Assembly: GCA_002009975.1 (NCBI GenBank)
Contig: MTLP01000039.1
Coordinates: forward strand, 1 to 61,472
From: Thermococcus sp. JdFR-02
GTDB taxonomy: Archaea > Methanobacteriota_B > Thermococci > Thermococcales > Thermococcaceae
Reading direction: 5' to 3'
DNA length: 61,472 nucleotides
This document shows, one piece after another, positions 17,812-27,612 of this stretch; position 1 is the first letter of the stretch; every line of letters starts with the position of its first letter. The notes under the pieces were generated by a model. It ran no database searches, had not been told where the DNA came from, and saw only the letters and a program-made list of their open reading frames with translations. A program made the translations under genes and the position numbers.

Positions 17812-18864
17812 CTAAAAAATCAAAAACTTCCCTTTCTCCATTATCTTTTCCCCATCTACCTCAACTGTTGGGTTCATAACCAAGCAATCAAAATGATTCA
17901 ACGCTGGTGCATCATTATCATAATTTGATCCAATAGCTATGTGAATTGTATTCCTAAGCTTTTCATCTTCTAAAAGCTTTCCACTCATTATTGCCCTTGG
18001 ATTTAATCCTATCCCCAATTCTCCAAGATGCCATGAATTCTTTGCTAGTTCTTCTTTCCCCATATCTAAAGCCTTCTTTTCTGCTTTTCTTATAGCTTCT
18101 TCGAGCTTTTTAGCCTCCTCCCCACCTTCGATTTTCTTTACGAAACCCTCTTCAACATAGACTTTTACTGGTTCTTTTGGAACTATGCTAATCCCACCCA
18201 AGCTTATAGTCCCATCAAAAACTATTATTCCCTCACTTTTTCCAATTGCGGGAGAAATAAAAACTTCACCTGCTGGCAAATTTCCACCTTTTCCAGGCTT
18301 TCTAAAGTCACCATCATCCTTCAGAGCTTTCCTTCCATCTATGTTGATCGTTAGGTCCATCCCCTTCTCGCTCGTTATGTGAACTTCTTTTCCTTTATCA
18401 AGAATTTCTTTCAAAACTTGGGCTTCTTCTCTAAGCCTTGCATAATCTATCGGAACTGCCCTCAAATACATATACATGTCAATTCCAGGGCTCCAGAAGG
18501 AGCGTATCCTTTTATCTCCCCGAAGAAGTTTTTCAAATATGTGGGTATATTTCTGGTTGTTTCTGCCAATGTACCCAATATTTAAACCATAAGCATCTTT
18601 ACCAAGCTTCTTTTCACTTATTGAGATAACTATGTCAGGTTCGCTTTTTATAGCCTCAATAACAACTCTCTCCGCATAATCGAGGCTTTCCTTTGGCTCT
18701 TGAACAACTATCGTGGGTTTTGCTTTGAGCTCTTTAGCTGCTTCAAATAGGCTTAATGAAATTCCAAGAACTTCACCTGGATTGGTTATGATTAAAACTT
18801 CCTCACCTTCTTGAACATCCAAAACTTCCCTCATGACAATCCTCGAAACCTCTATTGGCTGCAT
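17812..18864 (-). CDS. Thermophilic metallo-aminopeptidase (M29/AmpS-like)
   Basis: GNLPAGEVFISP, LGELGIGLNP, EDEK, HIAIG, HFD motifs. Confidence 0.85.
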   Translation of the reverse strand: MQPIEVSRIVMREVLDVQEGEEVLIITNPGEVLGISLSLFEAAKELKAKPTIVVQEPKESLDYAERVVIEAIKSEPDIVISISEKKLGKDAYGLNIGYIGRNNQKYTHIFEKLLRGDKRIRSFWSPGIDMYMYLRAVPIDYARLREEAQVLKEILDKGKEVHITSEKGMDLTINIDGRKALKDDGDFRKPGKGGNLPAGEVFISPAIGKSEGIIVFDGTISLGGISIVPKEPVKVYVEEGFVKKIEGGEEAKKLEEAIRKAEKKALDMGKEELAKNSWHLGELGIGLNPRAIMSGKLLEDEKLRNTIHIAIGSNYDNDAPALNHFDCLVMNPTVEVDGEKIMEKGKFLIF

Positions 18865-18956
18865 GTCATCACCTAAAATAAGATTAGCTCTTTAAATTTA
18901 ATACTCTTATGGAAAAGTATAATTATCTAAAACTCTAATTTTCGTTGGTGTTTACC

Positions 18957-19790
18957 ATGACAAAAATCTATGCATTGGTTGAAGACTATTCCGGCTATGA
19001 GAGTCCTTTCTATGCCCAACATGGTGTTAGTTTTCTAATTGAGCACAAGGGGAAGAAAATCCTCTTTGATGTAGGACAAGAGGCGAAGCCAATACTTCAC
19101 AATATGAAGCTTCTTGATCTAAAGCCAAGCGATATAGATTACATATTTTTATCACATTGTCACTATGATCATACGGGCGGATTATTGGAGATGCTTAAGG
19201 CTATTGGCAAGAGAATCCAAGTAATTGCTCATCCAACGATTTTCAGGAGGCATTTCATAACAAAACCCTACTTGAGAGACGTTGGAGTTCCTTTCAAGAG
19301 AGAAGAGATTACGCAATATGCAGAGCTTTTCTTGACAGGTGAGCCGATCCAAATAATTGAAGGAGCTTACTCAACAGGCGAAATTGAAAAGAGAGAAGAG
19401 TTTGAAAAAACTAATCTGGAAGTATATACTCTAAAAGAGGGCAAGTTAGTTAAAGATGAGCTTTTAGACGATATGAGCTTAGCGATAAAAACTCAAGAGG
19501 GATTGGTTATTGTTAGCGGTTGTTCTCATGCTGGAATTGTGAGCATAGTAAAGCACGCGATAAAGATTACAGGAGAAGACAAGATTAGAGCTATTATTGG
19601 AGGATTTCACCTCATAGAAGCCAACAAAGAGAGAATAACTAAAACAGTTGAAGAACTAAAAAAACTTGGAGTTGAAGAAGTTTACACAGGGCATTGCACA
19701 GGCTTACAAGCGGAAGCAGAGTTTTTAAGAGCCTATGATGAAAAGTTCCACAAACTCCATGCAGGTATAGTCCTCACCTTTGGAGAGTAG
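18957..19790 (+). CDS. MBL-fold metallo-hydrolase
   Basis: HGVSF, LSHCHYDHTGG (HxHxDH), GCSHAG, GGFH, GHCTG. Confidence 0.9.
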   Translation: MTKIYALVEDYSGYESPFYAQHGVSFLIEHKGKKILFDVGQEAKPILHNMKLLDLKPSDIDYIFLSHCHYDHTGGLLEMLKAIGKRIQVIAHPTIFRRHFITKPYLRDVGVPFKREEITQYAELFLTGEPIQIIEGAYSTGEIEKREEFEKTNLEVYTLKEGKLVKDELLDDMSLAIKTQEGLVIVSGCSHAGIVSIVKHAIKITGEDKIRAIIGGFHLIEANKERITKTVEELKKLGVEEVYTGHCTGLQAEAEFLRAYDEKFHKLHAGIVLTFGE

Positions 19791-20789
19791 GTGTCTAGAA
19801 TGGAGGAAAAACCTAAGATTACCCTATTTGCATACTCAAAAGAGGATTTTAAGGAAAGACGGGTTGAGAGCTTGGAAGAAGCTTTAGAATTTAAAGACTA
19901 TAATGTGGTCTGGATTAACATTGATGGCATTGCATATCTAGAAGAACTAAAAGAAATTTTTGGCTTTCATGATTCATCAATTAAGGCAATTTTAAGGGCG
20001 AAGAGCAGGGCAAGAGTGAATCTTTTGGAGGACTACATCTTCCTTCTCCTTCATCAGGTTTACGAGATAAAAGGGGGACTCAAAAAGGAGAGGGTTGCCC
20101 TGTTTCTCAAGGAGAACTTTGTGATAACCCTTCAAGAGCGTCCGGGAGATGTTTTCAATCCCATAAGGGAGAGCATAAGACGTGGTGAGGGACCCTTCAG
20201 AGAAAAAGGTGCCGATTATTTGGTTTTTGCCATCTTGGATGCCATCATAGAGAACTACATTCCTATCCTTGAGAAAATCAGCACACAGATGGAGGATGTA
20301 GAGAGCAGGATTCTAAGAAACGGAGACAAAGAAATACTCCACAAAGTTCATGGGATAAGGAGAAGGATCCTCTTCATAAGACGCACAATCTTTCCGCTTT
20401 TGGAGGTCTTTAGAAAACTTCAGCTTGATGGAAGCAATTACTTCAATAAGGATATCATGAGATATTTGGAAGAGCTCTATAGTCACGTTACGGAGGTTTT
20501 GGACATAATCGAGAGCCAGAGGGACATGGCAAATGGGCTAGTGGAAATTTATTACTCCACGCTTTCAATGAGAATAAATGAGATAATGCGAATTTTAACG
20601 GTAGTCTCAACGATATTCATACCCCTTACATTCATCACAGGGATATATGGCATGAACTTTAACCCAAAAGCCTCTCCCTACAACATGCCCGAACTCAACT
20701 GGTACTATGGCTACCCAGCAACCCTCTTCGTAATGCTCCTAATCGCCTTTGGAATGATTTACTACTTCAAAAGAAAAGGGTGGTTATAA
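19791..20789 (+). CDS. corA: Magnesium/cobalt transporter CorA
   Basis: [17 protein letters not shown] and [10 protein letters not shown] signatures. Confidence 0.95.
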   Translation: MSRMEEKPKITLFAYSKEDFKERRVESLEEALEFKDYNVVWINIDGIAYLEELKEIFGFHDSSIKAILRAKSRARVNLLEDYIFLLLHQVYEIKGGLKKERVALFLKENFVITLQERPGDVFNPIRESIRRGEGPFREKGADYLVFAILDAIIENYIPILEKISTQMEDVESRILRNGDKEILHKVHGIRRRILFIRRTIFPLLEVFRKLQLDGSNYFNKDIMRYLEELYSHVTEVLDIIESQRDMANGLVEIYYSTLSMRINEIMRILTVVSTIFIPLTFITGIYGMNFNPKASPYNMPELNWYYGYPATLFVMLLIAFGMIYYFKRKGWL

Positions 20790-21476
20790 ACCGAGAGCCA
20801 ACTTTACAGCTTTTTCTGCTATAACATCCATTGGATCGATTAGAGGTACTTTCAGATCTCTTTCGCTTAAAGCTACACTAACCTCAGTGCATCCTGCAAT
20901 AATACCTTCACTCCTCTTTTCAAGCTTTTTTGCTACTTTCAGCAAAAGTTTCTTCCCAAGCTCTAAGTTTCCAGCCTTAACTCCTTCATAAATCCCCTTC
21001 ATAACTTCTTCTTGCTCTTTCTTATCAGGTAATGCTATCTCAATTCCCCTCTTAAGCAAAGCTTTGTGATAAACCATTCCTTTTATAGTCCCATCTGTAG
21101 CTAAAAGACCAACTTTCTTAAGTCCAAGCTTTCGTATATGTTCAGCCGTCTCTTCAACCATGTTAATTAGTGGAATTTCAACCGCTTTTTGAATTTCTTC
21201 GGCGAAAAAATGTGCAGTATTGCAGGGCATTATTATAAAGCTCGCACCCCATTTCTCAAGCTTTTTAGCACTATCAATAAGCTCTGGGAGAGGATTCTCA
21301 CCTTTTCCCAAAATATAGGCAGTCCTATCTGGAACCTTTGAGTTGTTGTAAATTATAATCCTTGGATGCTCTTGATCTTTTTTAGCAGGAGTTTTTAGAA
21401 CGATTCTCTTAAATAGTTCGACAGTTGCTAACGGACCCATTCCTCCTAAGATTCCAATAATCTTCTCACCTTTCAT
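20784..21476 (-). CDS. Aspartate/glutamate racemase family (probable aspartate racemase)
   Basis: [22 protein letters not shown] and AGCTE (two catalytic Cys). Confidence 0.92.
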   Translation of the reverse strand: MKGEKIIGILGGMGPLATVELFKRIVLKTPAKKDQEHPRIIIYNNSKVPDRTAYILGKGENPLPELIDSAKKLEKWGASFIIMPCNTAHFFAEEIQKAVEIPLINMVEETAEHIRKLGLKKVGLLATDGTIKGMVYHKALLKRGIEIALPDKKEQEEVMKGIYEGVKAGNLELGKKLLLKVAKKLEKRSEGIIAGCTEVSVALSERDLKVPLIDPMDVIAEKAVKLALGL

Positions 21477-21485
21477 TTTTAATCA

Positions 21486-22001
21486 CTACTCAACATACTT
21501 AATTTTTCCCTCTTTCCATTCAATATAGCGTGCCATTATAAAAAGTAAATCGCTTAAGCGATTTAAATACACCAACGCATTCTCTCCAAAGCCCATGTCA
21601 TGAACAACTCGTGCAACTCTACGCTCTGCCCTTCTTGCAATGGCTCTACAAACATCTAATTTAGCACTTGCGATCACTGACCCAGGGAGAACAAATCTTT
21701 CAAGTTTAACTCCCTCCTCAAACTTATGGATTATCTCCTCCATCCATCTGATCTCCTTCTCTCCAACTTTCTTGTATTTCCCCTTACTCGCTATTTCAGC
21801 CATCAAAGAATATAATTCAATTTGGATTCTCTCCAAAATCTCCCTAAGTTCTTCATCAACATAATGCTTTGCTTCTCCCATAAATGAACTAAGCTCATCA
21901 ATTGATCCATTTGCCTCTATAATAGGAGAATCCTTAGCAATCCTTTCTCCAGTGAATATTCCAGTTGTTCCTTTATCACCGGTCTTTGTTGTGATACTCA
22001 T
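21486..22001 (-). CDS. ATP:cob(I)alamin adenosyltransferase (PduO type)
   Basis: TKTGDKGTT, GSIDELSS, FVLPG, CRAIARRAER, YLNRLSDLLF. Confidence 0.93.
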   Translation of the reverse strand: MSITTKTGDKGTTGIFTGERIAKDSPIIEANGSIDELSSFMGEAKHYVDEELREILERIQIELYSLMAEIASKGKYKKVGEKEIRWMEEIIHKFEEGVKLERFVLPGSVIASAKLDVCRAIARRAERRVARVVHDMGFGENALVYLNRLSDLLFIMARYIEWKEGKIKYVE

Positions 22002-22154
22002 AAAATCACCATAGGTACTTTATCGCCTGAATTTAACTAATTTTTGGAGAATATTGAGAGACACTAACGGTGATATCAAAACACCAATGAACATGGATGT
22101 ATTTGAGCGAAAAGTTATTAACATTCAAGTAGATTTTAATTTTTGGTGGTATTT

Positions 22155-24779
22155 ATGAAACGTTGGAGTTTGTTTTTGATAGTGTTACTACTTCTAAGTC
22201 TCCTACCACAACTAAACACAATAAATCTTGCAAAGGCACAAGCACCTTATGTTTCAATCTACGATATTCAATATACAACTGATCCAAGTGGGGATTCTCC
22301 CTATAAAGGACAAACGGTTCTCACAAGAGGTGTTGTTACTGCTGTTGCATCCAAGGGGTTCTTCATTCAAAATGGCACTGGAGCATGGAGTGGAATATAT
22401 GTATATGTAGGCTCAGCCCCAAATGTCAACATCGGAGACCTAGTTGAAGTCGAGGGGACTGTAGATGAATATTATGGAATGACAGAAATAACCAACAATC
22501 CAACGGTAAATGTAATCGGTACTGCTGATGTTCCAGATCCTGTTGTTCTTCAAACAGGAGAAGTTGCCCAAGAGAAATGGGAATCTGTTCTAATAGAAGT
22601 TAGAAATGTTATCGTCACAGACCCAGACTTAGGTTATGGGGAATGGGAGATTGATGATAGTAGTGGCCCAGTAAGAGTTGATGATTTAATGTATAGCTAC
22701 ACTCCACAAGCCAATCAAGAATTAGACTACGTTAGAGGTATTGTCTATTATTCCTATGGGAATTTTAAGATTGAACCCAGAGGTGTTGAGGATATTGGCA
22801 TTCCACCAAATATACCAAAAGTCTCAATCCAAGAAATACAAGGTCAGCAAAGCAGCTCTCCATATGCAGGACAAGTTGTTAGAACATATGGTGTTGTAAC
22901 GTTCGCTACTAGTTATGGTTTCTTTATTCAAAATGGAACTGGTCCTTGGAGTGGCATTTGGGTTTATACTGGATCAGGGATTAGTGTTAATGAAGGAGAC
23001 TATGTGAGAGTACAGGCACTAGTCCAAGAATATTACGGACTAACAGAGTTAAATTACAAAGACTCTCCAACGGACATAAGAGAAGTTGTAGTGTTAGGAA
23101 CTGCATCCGTTCCAGACCCAGTTGTTCTACCTACTGGAAATGTTTCTCAAGAACAATGGGAAAGTGTTTTGGTTGAAGTAAGATACGCGAAAGTTGTTGA
23201 GCTTGCAAACAAATACGGTGAGTGGAAAGTTGATGACGGAAGCGGAGAACTAATTATAGATGATAAGTTCTACGATTATGAACCAACATACATAGGCAAG
23301 CGTTATGAATATATAAGAGGTGTGCTCTATTATTCTTATGGAGCCTTTAAATTAGAACCAAGATACGAAGAGGATATTAAGCTCTATGTTCCTCAAATTG
23401 GAGTTCAAGAATTAAATGTTTCAGGAACTCCAGTAAGGAGAACTACAACAGATATCAAACTTAAAGTGTTTAACAATGGAACATTAGCAGAAAACATTAC
23501 TATTTTGCTGTATATTGATGATACAGTGCTGTATAATCAAACAACTGAGATTTCACCCAACGGCACTTTAGAGTTAACAATTCAATGGATGCCGCTCGTG
23601 GTTGGAAAAGTTACAATAACTGCTAAGATTTTAAGTGAAATTGAAGAAGTTTACGATGAGAGGTCTTTACAAATAGAAGTGTTTGAGCATCCAGAAACTA
23701 TTGCATATGGAGTAGTTACATATTACCAAGCCCGCTATGAGTATTATAGCCCACAGCTAACAATTCTTTACAATCAATTTAAATCATTACTCGAAGAACT
23801 TCAAAGCTACAATGTTGATTTGAGTGCAATACAGGAAAATATTGAAGAAATAGAAAGCAAAATGGGATTAATTAATGAGAGATACAGCAAATATCAACTT
23901 CTAAAAGAGCGCACAAAAGGAGCATACTACTCAGTTTTGATGGTTCCAATAATGAAAGCTACCATTCTAACAAAAGAAACGATTGAAGAGCTTGAGGATC
24001 TCATACCCCTATTAAACTCAACCCTTGAACAAGCTAAGGCTGCAGCAGAACAGAATGTAACAATTGTGGTTCCAACGGTACACAAAGTCCTAATAGACTC
24101 ATCCCACAACCAATACTACAACCATGAAAGGATGAGCAGCTTAATTTCAAGAATACGAAATGACCTAGGATGGGAAGTTGAAGTTAACACTGGTACAATA
24201 ACCTTGGAGAAGCTCCAAGAATATGACATCCTAATACTCACCAACCCACGTAGAGACATAACCGATGAAGAAGCAAATGCAATTAAAGAATTTGTAAAGC
24301 AAGGAGGAGGACTCTTCATACTTGGCGACTGGTATAAGTATATTTACGAACGCAGCTTAAACAAAGTTATTGAAGAGTTTGGAATCAAGTTCAATGACGA
24401 CGAGCTTATGGATGATGAAGTAAATACTGGAGCACCATACTTCCCACTTGTGGGTGAATTTAACTTTGAACACCCAGCAACCAAATTCCTAGACGAGACT
24501 TCACAACTCTACTACAATGGAGATACATTAGATATTAGCGGTAATGCTGTATGGCTGATTAGGGGCTATGAAACATCATATGCAGTTGATGAAACTGAGA
24601 AAGTTGTAAAGGAAACAGGCTCAAAGCCAATAGTTGCAGCGGCTGTAGAGGTTGGAGAAGGAAGAATAGTCGCCTATGGCTCAAGCAAAGCAATTAGCGA
24701 CAGCTATTATGGAAAGTACATTGAAAGCAACTGGGCATTTGTTAAGGGAGTACTGCTCTGGTTAGCAAAAGAAACCTGA
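22155..24779 (+). CDS. Secreted modular protein: signal peptide, two tandem OB-fold repeats, Ig/CARDB-like domain, coiled coil, DUF4350/GATase-like domain
   Basis: MKRWSLFLIVLLLL signal; two ~185-aa repeats (SIxxIQ...SPYxGQxVxTxGVVT...GFFIQ...EYYGxTE...ESVLxEV...YSYGxFKxEPR); C-terminal VLIDSSHNQ...GGGLFILGD...GEGRIVAYGSS. Confidence 0.8.
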   Translation: MKRWSLFLIVLLLLSLLPQLNTINLAKAQAPYVSIYDIQYTTDPSGDSPYKGQTVLTRGVVTAVASKGFFIQNGTGAWSGIYVYVGSAPNVNIGDLVEVEGTVDEYYGMTEITNNPTVNVIGTADVPDPVVLQTGEVAQEKWESVLIEVRNVIVTDPDLGYGEWEIDDSSGPVRVDDLMYSYTPQANQELDYVRGIVYYSYGNFKIEPRGVEDIGIPPNIPKVSIQEIQGQQSSSPYAGQVVRTYGVVTFATSYGFFIQNGTGPWSGIWVYTGSGISVNEGDYVRVQALVQEYYGLTELNYKDSPTDIREVVVLGTASVPDPVVLPTGNVSQEQWESVLVEVRYAKVVELANKYGEWKVDDGSGELIIDDKFYDYEPTYIGKRYEYIRGVLYYSYGAFKLEPRYEEDIKLYVPQIGVQELNVSGTPVRRTTTDIKLKVFNNGTLAENITILLYIDDTVLYNQTTEISPNGTLELTIQWMPLVVGKVTITAKILSEIEEVYDERSLQIEVFEHPETIAYGVVTYYQARYEYYSPQLTILYNQFKSLLEELQSYNVDLSAIQENIEEIESKMGLINERYSKYQLLKERTKGAYYSVLMVPIMKATILTKETIEELEDLIPLLNSTLEQAKAAAEQNVTIVVPTVHKVLIDSSHNQYYNHERMSSLISRIRNDLGWEVEVNTGTITLEKLQEYDILILTNPRRDITDEEANAIKEFVKQGGGLFILGDWYKYIYERSLNKVIEEFGIKFNDDELMDDEVNTGAPYFPLVGEFNFEHPATKFLDETSQLYYNGDTLDISGNAVWLIRGYETSYAVDETEKVVKETGSKPIVAAAVEVGEGRIVAYGSSKAISDSYYGKYIESNWAFVKGVLLWLAKET
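22251..23378 (+). repeat. Internal tandem domain duplication (about 22251-22796 and 22821-23378)
   Basis: Aligned protein blocks GFFIQNGTG(A/P)WSGI, VPDPVVL, WESVL, YGEW, YYSYG in both copies. Confidence 0.9.
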
Positions 24780-24837
24780 GGACTCTCTCTTTCCAAAATT
24801 TTTTTAATTTTGAAATCAAGGGTATTTTGGTGATGAA

Positions 24838-26619
24838 ATGGACAAGAAATTTTTGGCATTTTTGTTAATTTTAACTGTATTCACATCTTCTCAAGCCTTT
24901 GCATATGAATACAATCTAAACAAGGTCACAGTAAGAATACATCCAAATGAAGAGCTTCTGTCAGTTGTCTATTATCTCGCCTTTGGATGGGATGAGTTTG
25001 TAATTAACAGAGGAGATTACCTCAGGGAAGTTGATTCCTATTTTGGTAAATTAAAAGACCATGAAGCTGTGACTATGATGAGGGATTATTTTAAAGATGC
25101 AAAAACGATTCCAGAGAGAGATTTCAAATTATTTACACTTGACGCCTATCTCCTTCAATTCTCAGAGCCTCCAGAGATGGTAAGAATTTATGATGATTGG
25201 AAAGATGAGAGCTTAGATAAGATGGTTGATGTTTTGAGGGATTTTGCTATAGAAAGCAACTTTATGAAATTCTTCAAAGCTCACGAAAGCTATTATGAAG
25301 AAGATTTGGAAATTTACAAGAGAGCTTTGGAGCTCAGAAATCCAGAAGAATTTCTCGAGAGTTACTTTAACATAGATGAAATCAGATTTGAGTTTAATTT
25401 TCCCTACTTAGTCTGTATTCATGGTCACAGCTTTAGGGTAGATAAAAACAATACAAAAATCCTTGGCTCTGGTGGTTTAATTCCACTGGTGAGAAGAACG
25501 CCCCCAAGAACATTGTGGAGTTTAAAGATAGCTAAGGATACAATGTTTGGCTTACCCTTAAATCCAGTTTATGTTGAAAATGAAGAATTCAATAAGTTAT
25601 GGTTCTTAGATTTTATATATCATGAATTAGGGCACGATTTTACAATAGATAAGCTTGACGAATACTATTTCAGACTTCAAGAGATGAAGTATTTCGAAAG
25701 CATAATTGAAGAGGATATGCCATACTTAGCAACTTATGACATACATTTTTGGGGTTATTGGGGTATGATCTATGAAGGTTTTGCAGACGGCTTTTCCTAT
25801 TTTGCCCTTAGAGACATTAACCCAGCGTTTGCTGAATGGAACAAAGAGATGCAAAAGGCATGGGGTGAATTTTGGCAGGATGATATGGTGGAGCTTTATG
25901 AAAAATACGCAGATATGAGCTTCAAAGAGAACAGAACCTTAGACGAATATGTTCCCCAAATGATGAAAGAACTCATTACCAGAATTCCCGAAGATAAGGC
26001 AGAAGAATATTATCAAGAAAAAGTCCCAATAACGCCAATAAGGGCTTTAGACAAGGTAGTTAAAGAGGGAGAAGTCCTGATTATTTATGGAACTCAAAAT
26101 TCAGATGAGAAAGGAGTGGAATATGATAAAGCAACTGCTGAGCTTGTAAAAGATTATTTAACCCAATTTTATTCCCAATGGCCAGGGGAAATCAAGATTG
26201 AAGTTAAAATGGATATAAATGTTACAGATGAAGAGCTAAAAAAGAATTTAATTTTAGTTGGCGGTCCCGTGAGCAATAAAATTGTTCAGAAGATTCAAGA
26301 TGAGTTTCCATTTAAGTTCACATATTTAAACGGAACTTGGGTCTTAGAAAGAAATCAAGGATTTAACACAACAGTTAAGGCATTCTTATTCACAAATAGC
26401 TCTATTGAGGAGATAGATTTCTCAAAGTATAGAATCTATTCTTCTCCGAAGACTTCTATACTCGTTACAATAAGGAATCCTTTCATGGAAGATAACTACA
26501 TAATATGGATTGCAGGGGTTAACAGATATTCAACAAGGATTTATAGAAATCCAACCTACTACTTCACAAGCTACGAAGTTTATGATGGAGAAAAAATAGA
26601 GGATGGGTTTTATTCCTGA
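24838..26619 (+). CDS. Secreted DUF4932-like protein with HExxH motif
   Basis: Signal peptide; V(R)IHPNEELLSVVYYL N-terminus; YHELGH with downstream YEGFAD; C-terminal NLILVGGPVSN segment as seen in S-layer-associated domains. Confidence 0.7.
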   Translation: MDKKFLAFLLILTVFTSSQAFAYEYNLNKVTVRIHPNEELLSVVYYLAFGWDEFVINRGDYLREVDSYFGKLKDHEAVTMMRDYFKDAKTIPERDFKLFTLDAYLLQFSEPPEMVRIYDDWKDESLDKMVDVLRDFAIESNFMKFFKAHESYYEEDLEIYKRALELRNPEEFLESYFNIDEIRFEFNFPYLVCIHGHSFRVDKNNTKILGSGGLIPLVRRTPPRTLWSLKIAKDTMFGLPLNPVYVENEEFNKLWFLDFIYHELGHDFTIDKLDEYYFRLQEMKYFESIIEEDMPYLATYDIHFWGYWGMIYEGFADGFSYFALRDINPAFAEWNKEMQKAWGEFWQDDMVELYEKYADMSFKENRTLDEYVPQMMKELITRIPEDKAEEYYQEKVPITPIRALDKVVKEGEVLIIYGTQNSDEKGVEYDKATAELVKDYLTQFYSQWPGEIKIEVKMDINVTDEELKKNLILVGGPVSNKIVQKIQDEFPFKFTYLNGTWVLERNQGFNTTVKAFLFTNSSIEEIDFSKYRIYSSPKTSILVTIRNPFMEDNYIIWIAGVNRYSTRIYRNPTYYFTSYEVYDGEKIEDGFYS

Positions 26620-26897
26620 TCTTTCATTTCACTTTTTATGTAAGGTTTCCCAATCGCTATGCTGAAGCCTTTAAAAGAATCATCCTTCCGATTAAACTCT
26701 ATTGCTAAAGGCAAATCGTTGTCCTCATTTATTACAATTCTAACGATTCTAGCCCTTGAATGTTCATTTAAATAATCTTCCTTTAGCTGGTCATAGTTGT
26801 CTAAGGCGTTATTTATACTTTCTTCGTGCATATCATAAATTTCCCTTGAGTAGTTGCTGTGTTCCTTAATGCTTTTTATCATCTCTTCCCGGTCCAA
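26610..26897 (-). CDS. Hypothetical protein
   Basis: 95-aa ORF with GGTGGT RBS before TTG, directly downstream of the PRTase gene. Confidence 0.6.
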   Translation of the reverse strand: MDREEMIKSIKEHSNYSREIYDMHEESINNALDNYDQLKEDYLNEHSRARIVRIVINEDNDLPLAIEFNRKDDSFKGFSIAIGKPYIKSEMKDQE

Positions 26898-26909
26898 ACT
26901 ACCACAACC

Positions 26910-27557
26910 TTAAGCTTTAATCCAAATTTCCCCTTCCTTTTTAAATATTTTCCTTTTTTCGGCAATTATTAAAGCTTCTTCAATTTTCTCTTTTGGAACC
27001 CTAAGGTTGTGAAGCTCCTCAAATAACGCTTTAATTTCATCAACAGTTAGCTTCTCTTTCTCCTCAAAGAGGTTTCCTGTTAGATTGATCATATCCTCAA
27101 TAAAGTTCCATGGAAACACAATCCAAGCCCAATCAATTTCCTCTCCAAAATAATCTGGTCTGAATTTCGAGGTTTTGATTGTCAAAAGGGTAGCAGTTTT
27201 TACTTCCTTTGGATTTTTGCTCTCAATATAGTTTTTAGCTAAGGTTAGGCTTTCCCCTGTGTCGGCTATATCATCAACTATCAAAACCTTTTTGCCATCC
27301 AAATCATAATCAAAACCATATTTTATCCTTGCTTTTCCATCTGGAGTTGCTGTAATTCCCCAATGCTCAACTTTAAGGCTCAGCAAGTCTTTAACTCCCA
27401 AGAAGTCACAGTATAGTCGAGCAGGTATCCAGCCACCTCTTGCAAGACCCACAACAACATCTGGCTTCCATTTTTCCTCAAGAATCTTAAAAGCTCCTTC
27501 TCTTGCCCACCTCTCAATGTCCTCCCAAGAGGCTAAATAAGCAGGAAACTTCTTCAT
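26910..27557 (-). CDS. Purine phosphoribosyltransferase (HGXPRT-like, type I PRTase)
   Basis: GLARGGW, VLIVDDIADTGES PRPP-binding motif, WIVFPW. Confidence 0.92.
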   Translation of the reverse strand: MKKFPAYLASWEDIERWAREGAFKILEEKWKPDVVVGLARGGWIPARLYCDFLGVKDLLSLKVEHWGITATPDGKARIKYGFDYDLDGKKVLIVDDIADTGESLTLAKNYIESKNPKEVKTATLLTIKTSKFRPDYFGEEIDWAWIVFPWNFIEDMINLTGNLFEEKEKLTVDEIKALFEELHNLRVPKEKIEEALIIAEKRKIFKKEGEIWIKA

Positions 27558-27612
27558 TTAAATCCCTTAATAAGGCAAAGATGAAGAAATATTTAAAGGT
27601 TTCTTTGAAGTG

